From Ignavibacteria bacterium (lineage in GTDB: Bacteria; Bacteroidota; Ignavibacteria; Kapaibacteriales; Kapaibacteriaceae), in NCBI GenBank assembly GCA_046300675.1, contig JBKCLO010000032.1:26773-90772 (forward strand): a DNA stretch of 64,000 nt, in the 5' to 3' direction. Position 1 is the first letter of the stretch. Each line of letters opens with the position of its first letter. Position numbers and translations under genes: made by a program. Shown here piece by piece: positions 37,073 through 46,648 of the stretch. A model generated the notes under the pieces. The model had not been told where the DNA came from. It worked only from the letters and a program-made list of their open reading frames with translations, and ran no database searches.

Positions 37073-38455
37073 GTGTTAGGTTTGTTCATGCAGGCTAATC
37101 TTATCATGTTGGGTGGTGCCGAAGAGATCGGGGCCAATTGCTGCTATCTGGAGCTTGATGGCACCGGGGTACTTATCGATGCCGGACTACACCCTCGCGA
37201 CAGAAGTGTTAAAGCATTCCCCGACATAGACTTACTCCAAACATACCCAGCAGACGTACTGGCCGTAACTCATGCCCATACAGATCATATTGGGGCTCTC
37301 CCGTACGTAATGCGTAGGCTTCCGTATGTGCGGCCAATAATGACGCCCGCCACACGGGATATAAGCCAAATAGTTCTCCATAACGGCGCAAAGCTGCTGC
37401 GGGGGGAGTTTGGCAAGACATTTCCGACCAAATGGCTCGAATTCTATGAAAAAGAGGTGATCGAGCAGATTCGCTTTGCATTCGAAGCGTTGCCGTACGA
37501 CGAGCCCCTTACATTCAGAGGTTACTCCGGCCGGTCGAATGTGACAATGACATATCACTGGTCCGGCCATATTCTTGGTTCTGCTAGTGTTGCTCTCGAA
37601 TGCAACGGTCTGCGGATACTACATACTGCAGACGTGAAGTTCGACGATCAAGTTGTGGTACCCAGGGCCCAGATCCCACGAACGCATGCAGATGTGTTAA
37701 TCACCGAATGTACCAACGCATCGAGCGAAACACCAACGTTTCCAGAGGAAGCAAAGCGCTTGGCGCGCTTCATCAACGGCATCTCTCAGCAAAATGGATC
37801 AGTGCTTATACCGTGCTTCGCACTCGGCAAGCTGCAGGAAATGATTCCGCTGCTCTACGGACTGATGCGCCGTGGAAGCATACCCCATATGCCTATCTAC
37901 ACAGGGGGCATGGGAACGCGGATAAGTAAGATCTATGATCAGTATTGCTATAGCGACCCGATGAAACGACCAGGGTTTGAGGTCTCCGATATTCCGCAAG
38001 AAAAACTGCGCAGAAGTGAGTTAGACACTGGAGGCTACTTCAAGCAACCATCAATAGTGCTTGCACCATCGGGTATGGTTAACACCGGAACAATGTCCTA
38101 CCAACTCGCTCTGCAGTGGATGGGGCTTCCCAACTATGGTATTGCCTTTATTGGATATCAAGATCCAACAACACCCGGACATGCGTTGATGTTGTCGGAA
38201 CACAAGAAACCGTTCGACTTTGGAACCAGGCGTGTTTCCCGGTCCTGTCAGATCGAACGGTTTCGTTTCAGTGGTCACGCGCTTCGTGAAGATCTGGTGC
38301 AACTCGCCCTTGATGTGACACCCTCAACAATCGTCGTTACGCACGGAGATGTTGATTCCTGTGAGCGCCACGCTCTTGAACTGCACCAACTGCTGCCTTC
38401 TGCGCGTATCATCATCCCCCGGCTGGGTTCGGTCTACACACTTGGCCCGGCCTAG
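37073..38455 (+). CDS. MBL-fold beta-CASP family hydrolase (RNA-metabolising type)
   Basis: [18 protein letters not shown] and the [11 protein letters not shown] (HxHxDH) motif. The later ECT... and VVTHGD blocks fit beta-CASP motifs. The GTG at 37073 has GGAGG 8 nt upstream. An alternative ATG lies at 37088. Confidence 0.85.
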   Translation: MLGLFMQANLIMLGGAEEIGANCCYLELDGTGVLIDAGLHPRDRSVKAFPDIDLLQTYPADVLAVTHAHTDHIGALPYVMRRLPYVRPIMTPATRDISQIVLHNGAKLLRGEFGKTFPTKWLEFYEKEVIEQIRFAFEALPYDEPLTFRGYSGRSNVTMTYHWSGHILGSASVALECNGLRILHTADVKFDDQVVVPRAQIPRTHADVLITECTNASSETPTFPEEAKRLARFINGISQQNGSVLIPCFALGKLQEMIPLLYGLMRRGSIPHMPIYTGGMGTRISKIYDQYCYSDPMKRPGFEVSDIPQEKLRRSELDTGGYFKQPSIVLAPSGMVNTGTMSYQLALQWMGLPNYGIAFIGYQDPTTPGHALMLSEHKKPFDFGTRRVSRSCQIERFRFSGHALREDLVQLALDVTPSTIVVTHGDVDSCERHALELHQLLPSARIIIPRLGSVYTLGPA

Positions 38456-38456
38456 G

Positions 38457-39092
38457 TTAGTGTGAAACAACGAGTGGACGGCGGCGAACAACGCCATTGG
38501 TAAGTCTGACCACGACGGTGTATTGTCCACTAAGCAGCGCCGATGTGTTTATCGCACATGCACGCGTCTGGGCCGCCGGAAACACCGTGAGCGCTGCAAC
38601 ACCCTGCATGTCGAAGACCTCGACAGTCATTACATCGTGCGTTGTCCAGGCCACTCGAGCACGGTCTCCGGCCGGAAAAGGCGTCACGATTAGAGAGTCT
38701 GCATCATCCTTACCGTCTTCTACTGTTGTTGCAAACTCTGAGGCGCCGAAGATGCGATGAAATCCCGAAGAGAATTCTGCCCGCACTGGGTTGTCTGCAT
38801 CTCGCACAACAAAGCGATACAGCTTACCTGGTATCGCAGACTCTGGTACGTCCCATACTATCTGGCGTTGCACAGCAGCCACGCCCTTTGCAATGGGTGT
38901 CGAAAGACGTCGTTCCCCATCCCAGAGCTCTATATCGACATACTCTGCCATCATTGTGGCGTCCCAGCGAATACTTACCGATACTCCCGACCTCAGTGGT
39001 TGGTTTAACGACCCACCTGCAGGCCAAACACCTGCGCTTACCAGTGCGCCACCAAACAAGAGGCAACACAGAATGTGCATGCTCGTATACAT
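38457..39092 (-). CDS. Small secreted T9SS cargo protein (211 aa)
   Basis: The ATG at 39092 (MYTSMHILCCLLFGGALVSAG) has AGGAG 5 nt upstream. There is a middle Ig-like segment (VSIRWDATMMAEYVDIELWDG...YRFVVRD). C-terminus LLSGQYTVVVRLTNGVVRRRPLVVSH is CTD-like. Confidence 0.7.
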   Translation of the reverse strand: MYTSMHILCCLLFGGALVSAGVWPAGGSLNQPLRSGVSVSIRWDATMMAEYVDIELWDGERRLSTPIAKGVAAVQRQIVWDVPESAIPGKLYRFVVRDADNPVRAEFSSGFHRIFGASEFATTVEDGKDDADSLIVTPFPAGDRARVAWTTHDVMTVEVFDMQGVAALTVFPAAQTRACAINTSALLSGQYTVVVRLTNGVVRRRPLVVSH

Positions 39093-39142
39093 GTCATCTC
39101 CTTTGATCATTGTGAAAAGAGTTAAAGGTTGTCAAGCCATTG

Positions 39143-42100
39143 CTACCGTACTACGGCACGTGACGTGTACCATTGTCCTTTGAAGGTGTACTGACCGTTC
39201 TCGTGGTACCGCGTGATGAATGGGGCCTCGGCATTTCGCATACCCCAACGTGTCTGGCTGTCTTCCAGCACTGTGGCCTCGGCAAGGAAGTCGTCTTGAT
39301 CGTCTGGTGCAACGAATGCATCTATCAGATCTATGCCTGTCTTCACGAGATCGGGTATCAGTGCTTTCCAATCAAGTGCTGCTGCTTCGATCGGTACGTT
39401 GTATTTGGCGGCACGCACACGCAAACTGTCTACCACTTCTTCCATGCGGTTAACCAAACAGTCGTTCTCGTCCTTGCAGTCCTCATCCCATGTTGATATC
39501 GCCACCCAGGCAAGGTCTTCCGGTTCCATCCACGAGGTCTGCAGCCACAGGGAGTGTTCTCCGAAATCAAGCGGACCATCCTCGTCTCCATGTGTTTGCG
39601 TGCATTCGCCCGGCTTGCCCTGCTGCTCTTCACAGTTCGGCAGTCGTGCAAAGCCTCTATCCGTCTGCAGCGCTTGACGCGTGGTAAGATCGCCGCCATA
39701 TATGGCGTGGTAGAGTTCCCCTCGATTTACAAACGGCCAGAAGTCCCAATCTCCGTCGTCTTCAACCTCCATGCGCATCAGCTTGATCCCATAACCCGGC
39801 AACTCCATTCGTCGCAACGCAAACGTTTGTGCTGCGCGCAGTGGCTGACCATTATATGCGCGCACACCAGTGGTGTAGGTAACATCGATCGATCCGGTGT
39901 GCAGTGCCTGCAGACGCGGTTTTGTTGTTGGATCACAGATCCAGAATTCTACGATGTCTAGATACTGTCCCGTTGAGGAGAGAAGATTTGTGTTGCCAGT
40001 AGTGTCGGCCATAACCATGAAATCGAGATCGCTCTGGTGCGGATGTGTAAGGAGGATGTTATCGTAACTCTCCGCACGCACACTAGAACCCATGGCAGTA
40101 AGGGGCTCGAGGGGGAGTGAAAAACGGGCGCGTACGGGCGTGCCTCGACGCGGCACATACTCCATTTGCCGCCCGCCAGGTGGTTCATCCGGGTCTGTAT
40201 CGTAATAGGTAAGTGGGTCGTACCAACGTTCTTCGAATCGAGCATGCTCCCGAGCCCCCTGCGCGTTGACACGAACACGCAAGCCTATGGACTCGATGAT
40301 CATTTGCTGACGAAACGCAGCCTGCATTCTAATCTCGCGATGCCCAAGTGACTGCTGCTGACAGTCCACCGCATCGAACCTGGCAAGATCAAGATCAACA
40401 ACCAGTGCATATGTTGATGGTTGAACCCCTGCTTTGCCGGCAGGTATCACGTACTTTGGAAGGGCGCTCCACCATCGCCACTGCTGTCCACGTTGTTGTG
40501 CTGGATGTACAACAATTCTGATGTTGTCTCCGCATCGCAGATTGTATCGCGAATACTGAACGGACGATTCCAGGCATTCACTAGAATTCAGTGTTACCCA
40601 TTCGAGCACACCCATTACAACTTGTTGACGCTGCACATCTATGCGCGTTTCTGGATGCGGGACCCTATCTGTTAGCACATCAGCTGGGTCCTCTGATCTT
40701 AGAAGTACTCTTTCAACACGCAGATCGAGCACCTTTCGTCGCGCAAAGAACACAACGTGGTTTTCCGGGTCAAGCAGTTCTGCTGTAATGCAATACTCTT
40801 GTGCACCTGTTTCGAACCAGACCGGGCCGCCGGCAGCCTGGTCCTGATATCCTATGATCTCCCAACAACGCTGTGCAACAACACACAACGTTCTTGTCGC
40901 TGGATCCGAAGACTCATATTGGTATGGTGTGGTAAAGTTTACAGCCGTGGAAACATCGAACAGGGCATCGGCATCAACATCAACGATGCTTCCCCTAAGT
41001 CGGTAGTATTGCTCTGCCGCCGGCTCAAGTACCTGATATCTCGGATTTATCGACACCACATCGGCTGAAAGCGCCTGCATTGTCGGTATCACGATGGCTG
41101 TAGCAGCAACGATAGATCCTTTAAACATCCACCCGCTAAAAGTGGCAAGCAATGATGGTCTTGCTACACAGACTATTGGGCCATCAGCACCTGCAATGGA
41201 GATTGTTGTTGGCCTGCTGATCGTTTGCAGAAGTTGGCCCGTGGTGTTGTATATCTCCACAGCGCATGCGCTGTCAGCATTGACCCGTATCTGGACAGAA
41301 TCTACTCTGCGATACACGGCCGTTAGAACATTCGTGCGTCGCATCTGCTCACACATCAGTGCTATTGGAATGGTTGTTGAGGTGTCTCCATGCAGTGGGG
41401 TATGGTCTGCAGACTCCCAATGCAGAAACACGTGGTTTGGTGAGATAAACTTGGGAATAGACACGTATGCGGTGTCGCCGGGCTGTATAACTCTGTTGTT
41501 CGGGCTCACCTCTGACGTAAGATGTGCATCGGGAGATGTCTGCTCACTGGTACGAGCATTGAAAACAAGATTTGTTGCGCCGCGCACTATGCTCTCATAC
41601 GTCCTATCGGTATTGCGATCACCTGCATACCAAGAGCACCGCACCCGTAATCTGAGCGGCGTGTTTGGCATCCAACGATGGCGTGGATACACAAACATGG
41701 TCGTGCCTTCGTACTGTACGATGTATTGCGAACGCATCCACGCACCGGATGGAAGAAGCTGTTCTACACTAATGATGCTATCAACCACACATTGCTGTGG
41801 AAGGGGGCTTGTGAACAACACCTCAATGGGTGTGTTGCATTGAATCGGTTCCTGTCCTAAATCACACCGTCGCACCTGTGGGACGTCTGGCGCGGTGGTA
41901 AATGTTCGTTCGTCGTTCTCTGTAATGCACCTATATGTTGTTGCCGGTAGCAGTCGCTTCGGCATCCAACGAAGGGTTGTCTCGTCAATCGCTTCTACCG
42001 CACCCGCCAGCCGAAAGCGCTGCCACTGGGCGCGCGGCTGCGTGCGTGCTATGGAGTCGCGTAGAACAAGAATCGGCAGACCCTGGGATTTCCATCTCGC

Positions 42101-42250
42101 TGTATCGAGAACAGTGGCAGACCGAACATAGATCGATGCAGACGGAGAGACATCTTCCTGATCATGTGCTGGAAACACAATTCCCAGACCATCTTGACCT
42201 GCGGCACAGATGTGTGCAAGCAGGAACAACCAACAATACCATAGCAGCAT
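39143..42250 (-). CDS. Large (1035 aa) orphan secreted protein, no family recognised
   Basis: The ATG at 42250 (MLLWYCWLFLLAHICAAGQDG) has GGAGG 6 nt upstream. It is a long uninterrupted ORF, rich in Trp, Arg and Cys. The N-terminal ~200 aa loosely resemble SbsA/Big_5-type Ig modules (...TLRWMPKRLLPATTYRCI). The track's GTG start at 42289 would include a 7-bp hairpin. Confidence 0.72.
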   Translation of the reverse strand: MLLWYCWLFLLAHICAAGQDGLGIVFPAHDQEDVSPSASIYVRSATVLDTARWKSQGLPILVLRDSIARTQPRAQWQRFRLAGAVEAIDETTLRWMPKRLLPATTYRCITENDERTFTTAPDVPQVRRCDLGQEPIQCNTPIEVLFTSPLPQQCVVDSIISVEQLLPSGAWMRSQYIVQYEGTTMFVYPRHRWMPNTPLRLRVRCSWYAGDRNTDRTYESIVRGATNLVFNARTSEQTSPDAHLTSEVSPNNRVIQPGDTAYVSIPKFISPNHVFLHWESADHTPLHGDTSTTIPIALMCEQMRRTNVLTAVYRRVDSVQIRVNADSACAVEIYNTTGQLLQTISRPTTISIAGADGPIVCVARPSLLATFSGWMFKGSIVAATAIVIPTMQALSADVVSINPRYQVLEPAAEQYYRLRGSIVDVDADALFDVSTAVNFTTPYQYESSDPATRTLCVVAQRCWEIIGYQDQAAGGPVWFETGAQEYCITAELLDPENHVVFFARRKVLDLRVERVLLRSEDPADVLTDRVPHPETRIDVQRQQVVMGVLEWVTLNSSECLESSVQYSRYNLRCGDNIRIVVHPAQQRGQQWRWWSALPKYVIPAGKAGVQPSTYALVVDLDLARFDAVDCQQQSLGHREIRMQAAFRQQMIIESIGLRVRVNAQGAREHARFEERWYDPLTYYDTDPDEPPGGRQMEYVPRRGTPVRARFSLPLEPLTAMGSSVRAESYDNILLTHPHQSDLDFMVMADTTGNTNLLSSTGQYLDIVEFWICDPTTKPRLQALHTGSIDVTYTTGVRAYNGQPLRAAQTFALRRMELPGYGIKLMRMEVEDDGDWDFWPFVNRGELYHAIYGGDLTTRQALQTDRGFARLPNCEEQQGKPGECTQTHGDEDGPLDFGEHSLWLQTSWMEPEDLAWVAISTWDEDCKDENDCLVNRMEEVVDSLRVRAAKYNVPIEAAALDWKALIPDLVKTGIDLIDAFVAPDDQDDFLAEATVLEDSQTRWGMRNAEAPFITRYHENGQYTFKGQWYTSRAVVR

Positions 42251-42281
42251 ACACAACCTCCAAATGAATGGTGAACCATAT

Positions 42282-42301
42282 GGGCACACTGTGTTGTGCC
42301 C
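42282..42301 (-). other. Stem-loop between the glutaminyl cyclase gene and the orphan gene
   Basis: GGGCACA / TGTGCCC form a 7-bp stem with a 6-nt loop, 50 nt downstream of the cyclase stop. No clear U-tract follows, so terminator function is uncertain. Confidence 0.35.
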
Positions 42302-42350
42302 TGTGGCGGTTGTGTCGTCAATTGGCTAAAACGTGACTCTTGGTGTGCGC

Positions 42351-43163
42351 TCAGCGTATTGAAAGCTCGAATACTGCGGGCCAATTCTTACCCGTTACAA
42401 AGAGAGTCTTACTCGAAGGATTCCACGCAAGACCATTTAACACATCGGTCGTTGGTGTTCGCTCATTTTGAGGCAATATTCCAGTAAGGTCTAGTACACC
42501 GGTCACATTTCCGGTCGTTGGTGAAATGCGTATCACGCGGTCTGATTGCCAAACATTTGCCCAGATAGCGCCATCGATCCACTCAAGCTCATTGAGTTGA
42601 GAAACGGCCATTCCGTCAAGTGTGATCGGGATTGTCCGCACAATGGTCCACGATGTGGGGTCAAGAACCGAAATTACACTCGTACCATTGCTGATGTAGA
42701 GATGTTTCCCATCGTTGGTAATCCCCCAGCCCTCTCCTGAATAACGAAACGTACCTGTCTGGCGCAGCGTGGAGGCGTCAAAGATCAAACCTTGCTGATT
42801 TAGCCATGTCAGCATGTACACAGTGCTGTTCAACTCTGTAAGACCTTCACCAAAGAATGATTTATCAATGGCGCGGCTCTTGAGAACCTTGCCTGTTGGT
42901 ATATCTACCTGACGAATCGTCGAAGAGCCATACTGTCCTGTGCTCTCCAGAAAAGCCCCGTTATAAACCTCCAGTCCCTGGGTGAATGCCTCCTGCGAAT
43001 GGGGCAAGCGCCTTACGATTGTGAAGCTCAACTGGTCGACCTGTTCGCGCTTGGGGGTAGATGTGCTCTGGAGCTCACCTGTTGGCTTTTCTGTCTCTGA
43101 ACATCCCCAAAGGATGGCACAGAGAATGCTTATGATACCAAGTCTGTGTAGGTTCGTAACCAT
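42351..43163 (-). CDS. Glutaminyl-peptide cyclotransferase, beta-propeller (plant/bacterial, type I) family; lipoprotein
   Basis: FTQGLEVYNGAFLESTGQYGSSTIRQVDIPTGKV...FFGEGLTEL...YMLTWLNQQGLIFD matches the Glu_cyclase_2 pattern. Lipobox ILWGC. Confidence 0.87.
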   Translation of the reverse strand: MVTNLHRLGIISILCAILWGCSETEKPTGELQSTSTPKREQVDQLSFTIVRRLPHSQEAFTQGLEVYNGAFLESTGQYGSSTIRQVDIPTGKVLKSRAIDKSFFGEGLTELNSTVYMLTWLNQQGLIFDASTLRQTGTFRYSGEGWGITNDGKHLYISNGTSVISVLDPTSWTIVRTIPITLDGMAVSQLNELEWIDGAIWANVWQSDRVIRISPTTGNVTGVLDLTGILPQNERTPTTDVLNGLAWNPSSKTLFVTGKNWPAVFELSIR

Positions 43164-43224
43164 AATTCGTGCTGTGGTGGAACGTAGGCGAAACTACCGA
43201 GAATCAACGTCATCTTGTGAGGGT

Positions 43225-44346
43225 ATGTTACAGCGATTTCATTTGTCGGGTTTATTCATCACGATCCTGTGTTGCTGCGCAATTGCATCTTCTTGCTCAA
43301 GTGATACATCGGGTGATGATGCTTCGGGTTTCTCGGGCGATAGTGCTGCCAGGTATCAAGATTCGCTAAAAACCTACCAAGCTCGTGTTGATTCGATCTT
43401 GAAGCGATTTCCGCGAATAGGCTACCACAGGGTTCCCGTTACAAGCAAGGCTGTATTGGACAGTCTGCGACGGATCTGTGCAAAAACAGATTCGACCTTT
43501 ACCATGTATCGCATCATCACGCTCTTGAATAGAAAAGATCTCTATTTCATGCGTGTGGGCGATACACTTGTAATGCCCGACACCAACTATCGTGATATGC
43601 TTGCTTTCAGTTTGTTCCCGCAATACTGGAAGGGGGCCGATACGATAAAGAAGATCGTTGTTGTTAGTCCGAAATGGCAGGCCTATGCATGCTATGAATA
43701 CGGAGTGCTTGTTCGTTTTGCTGCGACAAACTCTGGCGAAGAGCGCAAGCCTTCGTTCCCTGGACGCTATTCCGTGAATTGGAAACAGCGCCTGCGCATA
43801 TCGTCGCTTAACGAGGAGTGGGAACTTCCGTTTACTGTAAACATACACCAGCAGGCAGGCAGTGCATTTCACCAGTTCGAGATGCCCGGACGACCAGTTT
43901 CGCACTCATGTTTCAGACAGTACCTCCACGATGCTGAATGGTTGTATAAATGGGTTCGTCAGTCAAAGTATGACACTACAACGCGCAGGCCGATACCATT
44001 CAGCGGGACACCCGTGATCGTGCTTGATGTGTTTGACTTTTCGCGAAGGCGCGGTGGACCATGGCTGGAACTGGAGTCAAGCCAAGATGTTCTCATTGAT
44101 CTGCCACCAGACCCGATGTCTGTGGAAGAAGCCTTAATACCCATCTCTCAGGTGCCACATGAAAGCAGGGGCTCGCTGCGGAACATCAAGCGCTACATCA
44201 CAGCCGATAGTGTGCTTCGCGAGAGGGGAGTTATTCGTCAGGGCGTTTCTCTTCGCGAGTCGATAGATTACAATAAGCTTCGCAAAAAGAAGGAAGAAGC
44301 AAAGAGGCGCGAACTCGAACAACAGAAACAGCAGAACAATAACTAA
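43225..44346 (+). CDS. L,D-transpeptidase (YkuD) family lipoprotein with a basic C-terminal tail
   Basis: I chose the ATG at 43225 (MLQRFHLSGLFITILCCCAIASSCSS, which carries a lipobox). Catalytic-domain pattern SAFHQFEMPGRPVSHSCFRQYLHDAEWLYKWV, to compare with the consensus HG...G...SHGC(I/V)R...DA..L(Y/F). Confidence 0.78.
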   Translation: MLQRFHLSGLFITILCCCAIASSCSSDTSGDDASGFSGDSAARYQDSLKTYQARVDSILKRFPRIGYHRVPVTSKAVLDSLRRICAKTDSTFTMYRIITLLNRKDLYFMRVGDTLVMPDTNYRDMLAFSLFPQYWKGADTIKKIVVVSPKWQAYACYEYGVLVRFAATNSGEERKPSFPGRYSVNWKQRLRISSLNEEWELPFTVNIHQQAGSAFHQFEMPGRPVSHSCFRQYLHDAEWLYKWVRQSKYDTTTRRPIPFSGTPVIVLDVFDFSRRRGGPWLELESSQDVLIDLPPDPMSVEEALIPISQVPHESRGSLRNIKRYITADSVLRERGVIRQGVSLRESIDYNKLRKKKEEAKRRELEQQKQQNNN

Positions 44347-44355
44347 GCCTGGTTG

Positions 44356-45591
44356 TTAGATGTTATCTCTAAACAGATGTACATCCTGTAAATTCTCGGG
44401 CAGATAACCTGAATAGGAATTGGGCGCGTGTTGCGGTGGGTAATTCCTTAGGTGCATGGGCACCGATATGTGCGTTCCCGATGTAACAATTGCAAGGGCG
44501 CTGTTTATAGCATCGTAGGTTGCGCGTGATTTAGCTGCTAGCGCAAGGTAGGCAACAACATGACCCAACACGATGCGCCCCTCGGGCATACCGATACGCT
44601 CCAGGGCCTCAAACGATGCAACGGCCAATGGCAGTGCGTGTGGGTCAGCAAGGCCAACATCCTCGCTTGCGAAAATCACTAAACGCCGCGCAATGAATAA
44701 CGGGTCTTCTCCTGCATCAATCATTACTGCGCAATAAAGGAGCGCTGCATTCGCATCGCCCCCTCTCATTGATTTGATCAGCGCCGATATCGTATCGTAG
44801 TGATGGTCGCCTGCTCGATCATATCTGGCAAGGGGCTTCTGGACAGCCCGTTCAATCGTGTCAGATGAGATGTGAAGGGGCCCTGCATGGCCTGCGGGTG
44901 AGCTCATTGAAATGGTCTCGAGCACATTTATGGCCTTGCGCGCGTCGCCACAAGATACCCGGCAAAGCGCGCTCCAGTCGTCGACCACGCACCGTATGCC
45001 ACGCTGCGCAGAAATGAGCTCAATTGCACGTTCTACTACCTGTTGTATATCGTGATCGGAGAGTAGCTCGAGCTTGTAGACCTGACATCTGCTAAGTAGG
45101 GCGTTGTTAACCTCGAATGATGGGTTCTCCGTTGTTGCGCCTATCAGCGTAATAACGCCATTCTCCACTGCATGCAGCAGTGCATCCTGTTGCGATTTCG
45201 TGAACCGGTGAATCTCGTCGATAAAAACTACGGTGCGCTTGCCGCGACTGCGGTTGATGTCTGCCTTACGAAGTATCTCACGAAGATCTTTGACGCCCGA
45301 TTCAACTGCTGAGAGGCGCTCGATGTGTGCACCTATCGATGATGAAAGAATGTGGGCCAGCGTTGTCTTGCCTGTGCCCGGCGGACCCCACAAAATCATT
45401 GAAGGAATCTCTCCACGCTCAGCAAATGCATGTAGTGGCGCCCCAGGATCAAGCAAATGCGTCTGTCCTATTACGTCGTGAACCGATGTTGGGCGCAAAA
45501 GCTCTGCAAGGGGTCGATAGCCGCCTTCGGCACTCTTACTGCCTGGAGATAGATCTTCGAAGAGCGAATCCATAGATGCGAAAGATACCAC
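44356..45591 (-). CDS. rarA: Replication-associated recombination protein A (AAA+ ATPase)
   Basis: MILWGPPGTGKTTLAHIL (Walker A), VVFIDEIHRFTKSQQDALL (Walker B / sensor), and the MgsA C-terminal block ...HYDTISALIKSMRGGDANAALLY. Confidence 0.93.
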   Translation of the reverse strand: MVSFASMDSLFEDLSPGSKSAEGGYRPLAELLRPTSVHDVIGQTHLLDPGAPLHAFAERGEIPSMILWGPPGTGKTTLAHILSSSIGAHIERLSAVESGVKDLREILRKADINRSRGKRTVVFIDEIHRFTKSQQDALLHAVENGVITLIGATTENPSFEVNNALLSRCQVYKLELLSDHDIQQVVERAIELISAQRGIRCVVDDWSALCRVSCGDARKAINVLETISMSSPAGHAGPLHISSDTIERAVQKPLARYDRAGDHHYDTISALIKSMRGGDANAALLYCAVMIDAGEDPLFIARRLVIFASEDVGLADPHALPLAVASFEALERIGMPEGRIVLGHVVAYLALAAKSRATYDAINSALAIVTSGTHISVPMHLRNYPPQHAPNSYSGYLPENLQDVHLFRDNI

Positions 45592-45607
45592 CCACCGTTC
45601 ATCTTGT

Positions 45608-46552
45608 CTATGTCAGATGTTTATAGGTACCGCCTGGCAATCGCGCAGCAATGTGCATGCGCCGCTGGTCTGTTGCCCGTAACAACCGCGATAGGGGTTC
45701 TCGAATTGGCTCTGCGCTCTGTTTGAATGTTAGGTGGTGTATCGGCATGATCGCCCGAGCCTTCATAAGCTCACTCATAGCGTGGGCCTCTTCAGGATTA
45801 CAGTGAAAGGCCGAATAGCCTTCGTATGCTCCGATAGGCATTATAGCTAGGTCAACTTCTGGATGAACTGTATTGAATGCCGTTGTATAAGCCGTATCGC
45901 CGCCGAAGACGATACGCATTCCGTCAAACTCGATCTCGTACCCGTTGTAACTACGTCCTGTTCTCCGATAGCCGTTACCTCTGCAGCGTTCGCCCGGAAA
46001 TCTCCAGCCGTTATGCTGTACCTGAAGCGCCTTGACCGTAAGGCCTGCAATCTGTGTAGACTCACCCCAATCAATCTCGTCACATGACATCCAGGGTAGC
46101 TCGGAGATAACATCTGATGTGTTGGTCGCTGTTAGAACTGCAATCTGCTTTGGCCACATAGCGGAAAGACGCTCGAGCGTCCACATGTCCATGTGGTCCA
46201 TGTGCGCGTGTGATAGCAGAACCACATCGGGCTTTGGGAGCTCTTCTAGTGTGATTGCAGGTGGTAGTATTCGTCGCGGGCCAATCCTAAGGCCAAGAAT
46301 ATTCAGCCCAACCACATCTGCAAACACAGGGTCGGTCAAGACCCATGTACTGCCCAGTTTGATCAGAACTGTAGAATGGCCTATCCAGCAGGCCCAGACC
46401 CGCTCGTGTTCAGATTCAGATAATCTACCACCACCAACGGCGGTAATAGCGGGCTGGATTAGCCCCTTACCAAGAGCGGTTCCTGTGGTTATTATCGCAC
46501 CGCTCGCAAGAAGAGCGGTCTTAACAAACTCTCTTCGGCTATCAGACAACAT
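45608..46552 (-). CDS. Tat-exported MBL-fold metallo-hydrolase
   Basis: Twin-arginine signal SRREFVKTALLASGAI. LLSHAHMDHMD (HxHxDH) motif. Confidence 0.85.
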   Translation of the reverse strand: MLSDSRREFVKTALLASGAIITTGTALGKGLIQPAITAVGGGRLSESEHERVWACWIGHSTVLIKLGSTWVLTDPVFADVVGLNILGLRIGPRRILPPAITLEELPKPDVVLLSHAHMDHMDMWTLERLSAMWPKQIAVLTATNTSDVISELPWMSCDEIDWGESTQIAGLTVKALQVQHNGWRFPGERCRGNGYRRTGRSYNGYEIEFDGMRIVFGGDTAYTTAFNTVHPEVDLAIMPIGAYEGYSAFHCNPEEAHAMSELMKARAIMPIHHLTFKQSAEPIREPLSRLLRATDQRRMHIAARLPGGTYKHLT

Positions 46553-46648
46553 AAAGTCCCCTCTTTACAGTTGCGATGCGAATCTCTTAGACATAGATTT
46601 TACTTCCGAGTTATCATCTGGTTGTAAACAGATAGTAACTTCGTACCC

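Noticed and set aside
41094-41843. The long antisense ORFs inside the orphan gene (249 aa), together with similar ones at 2552-3208, 43366-43905, 46032-46685, 38642-39106 and 27483-27962.
   Set aside because: All lie opposite genes with recognisable protein families or a strong SD plus signal peptide. Their translations are Arg/Ser/Cys-rich low-complexity, typical of antisense frames. None has an SD.
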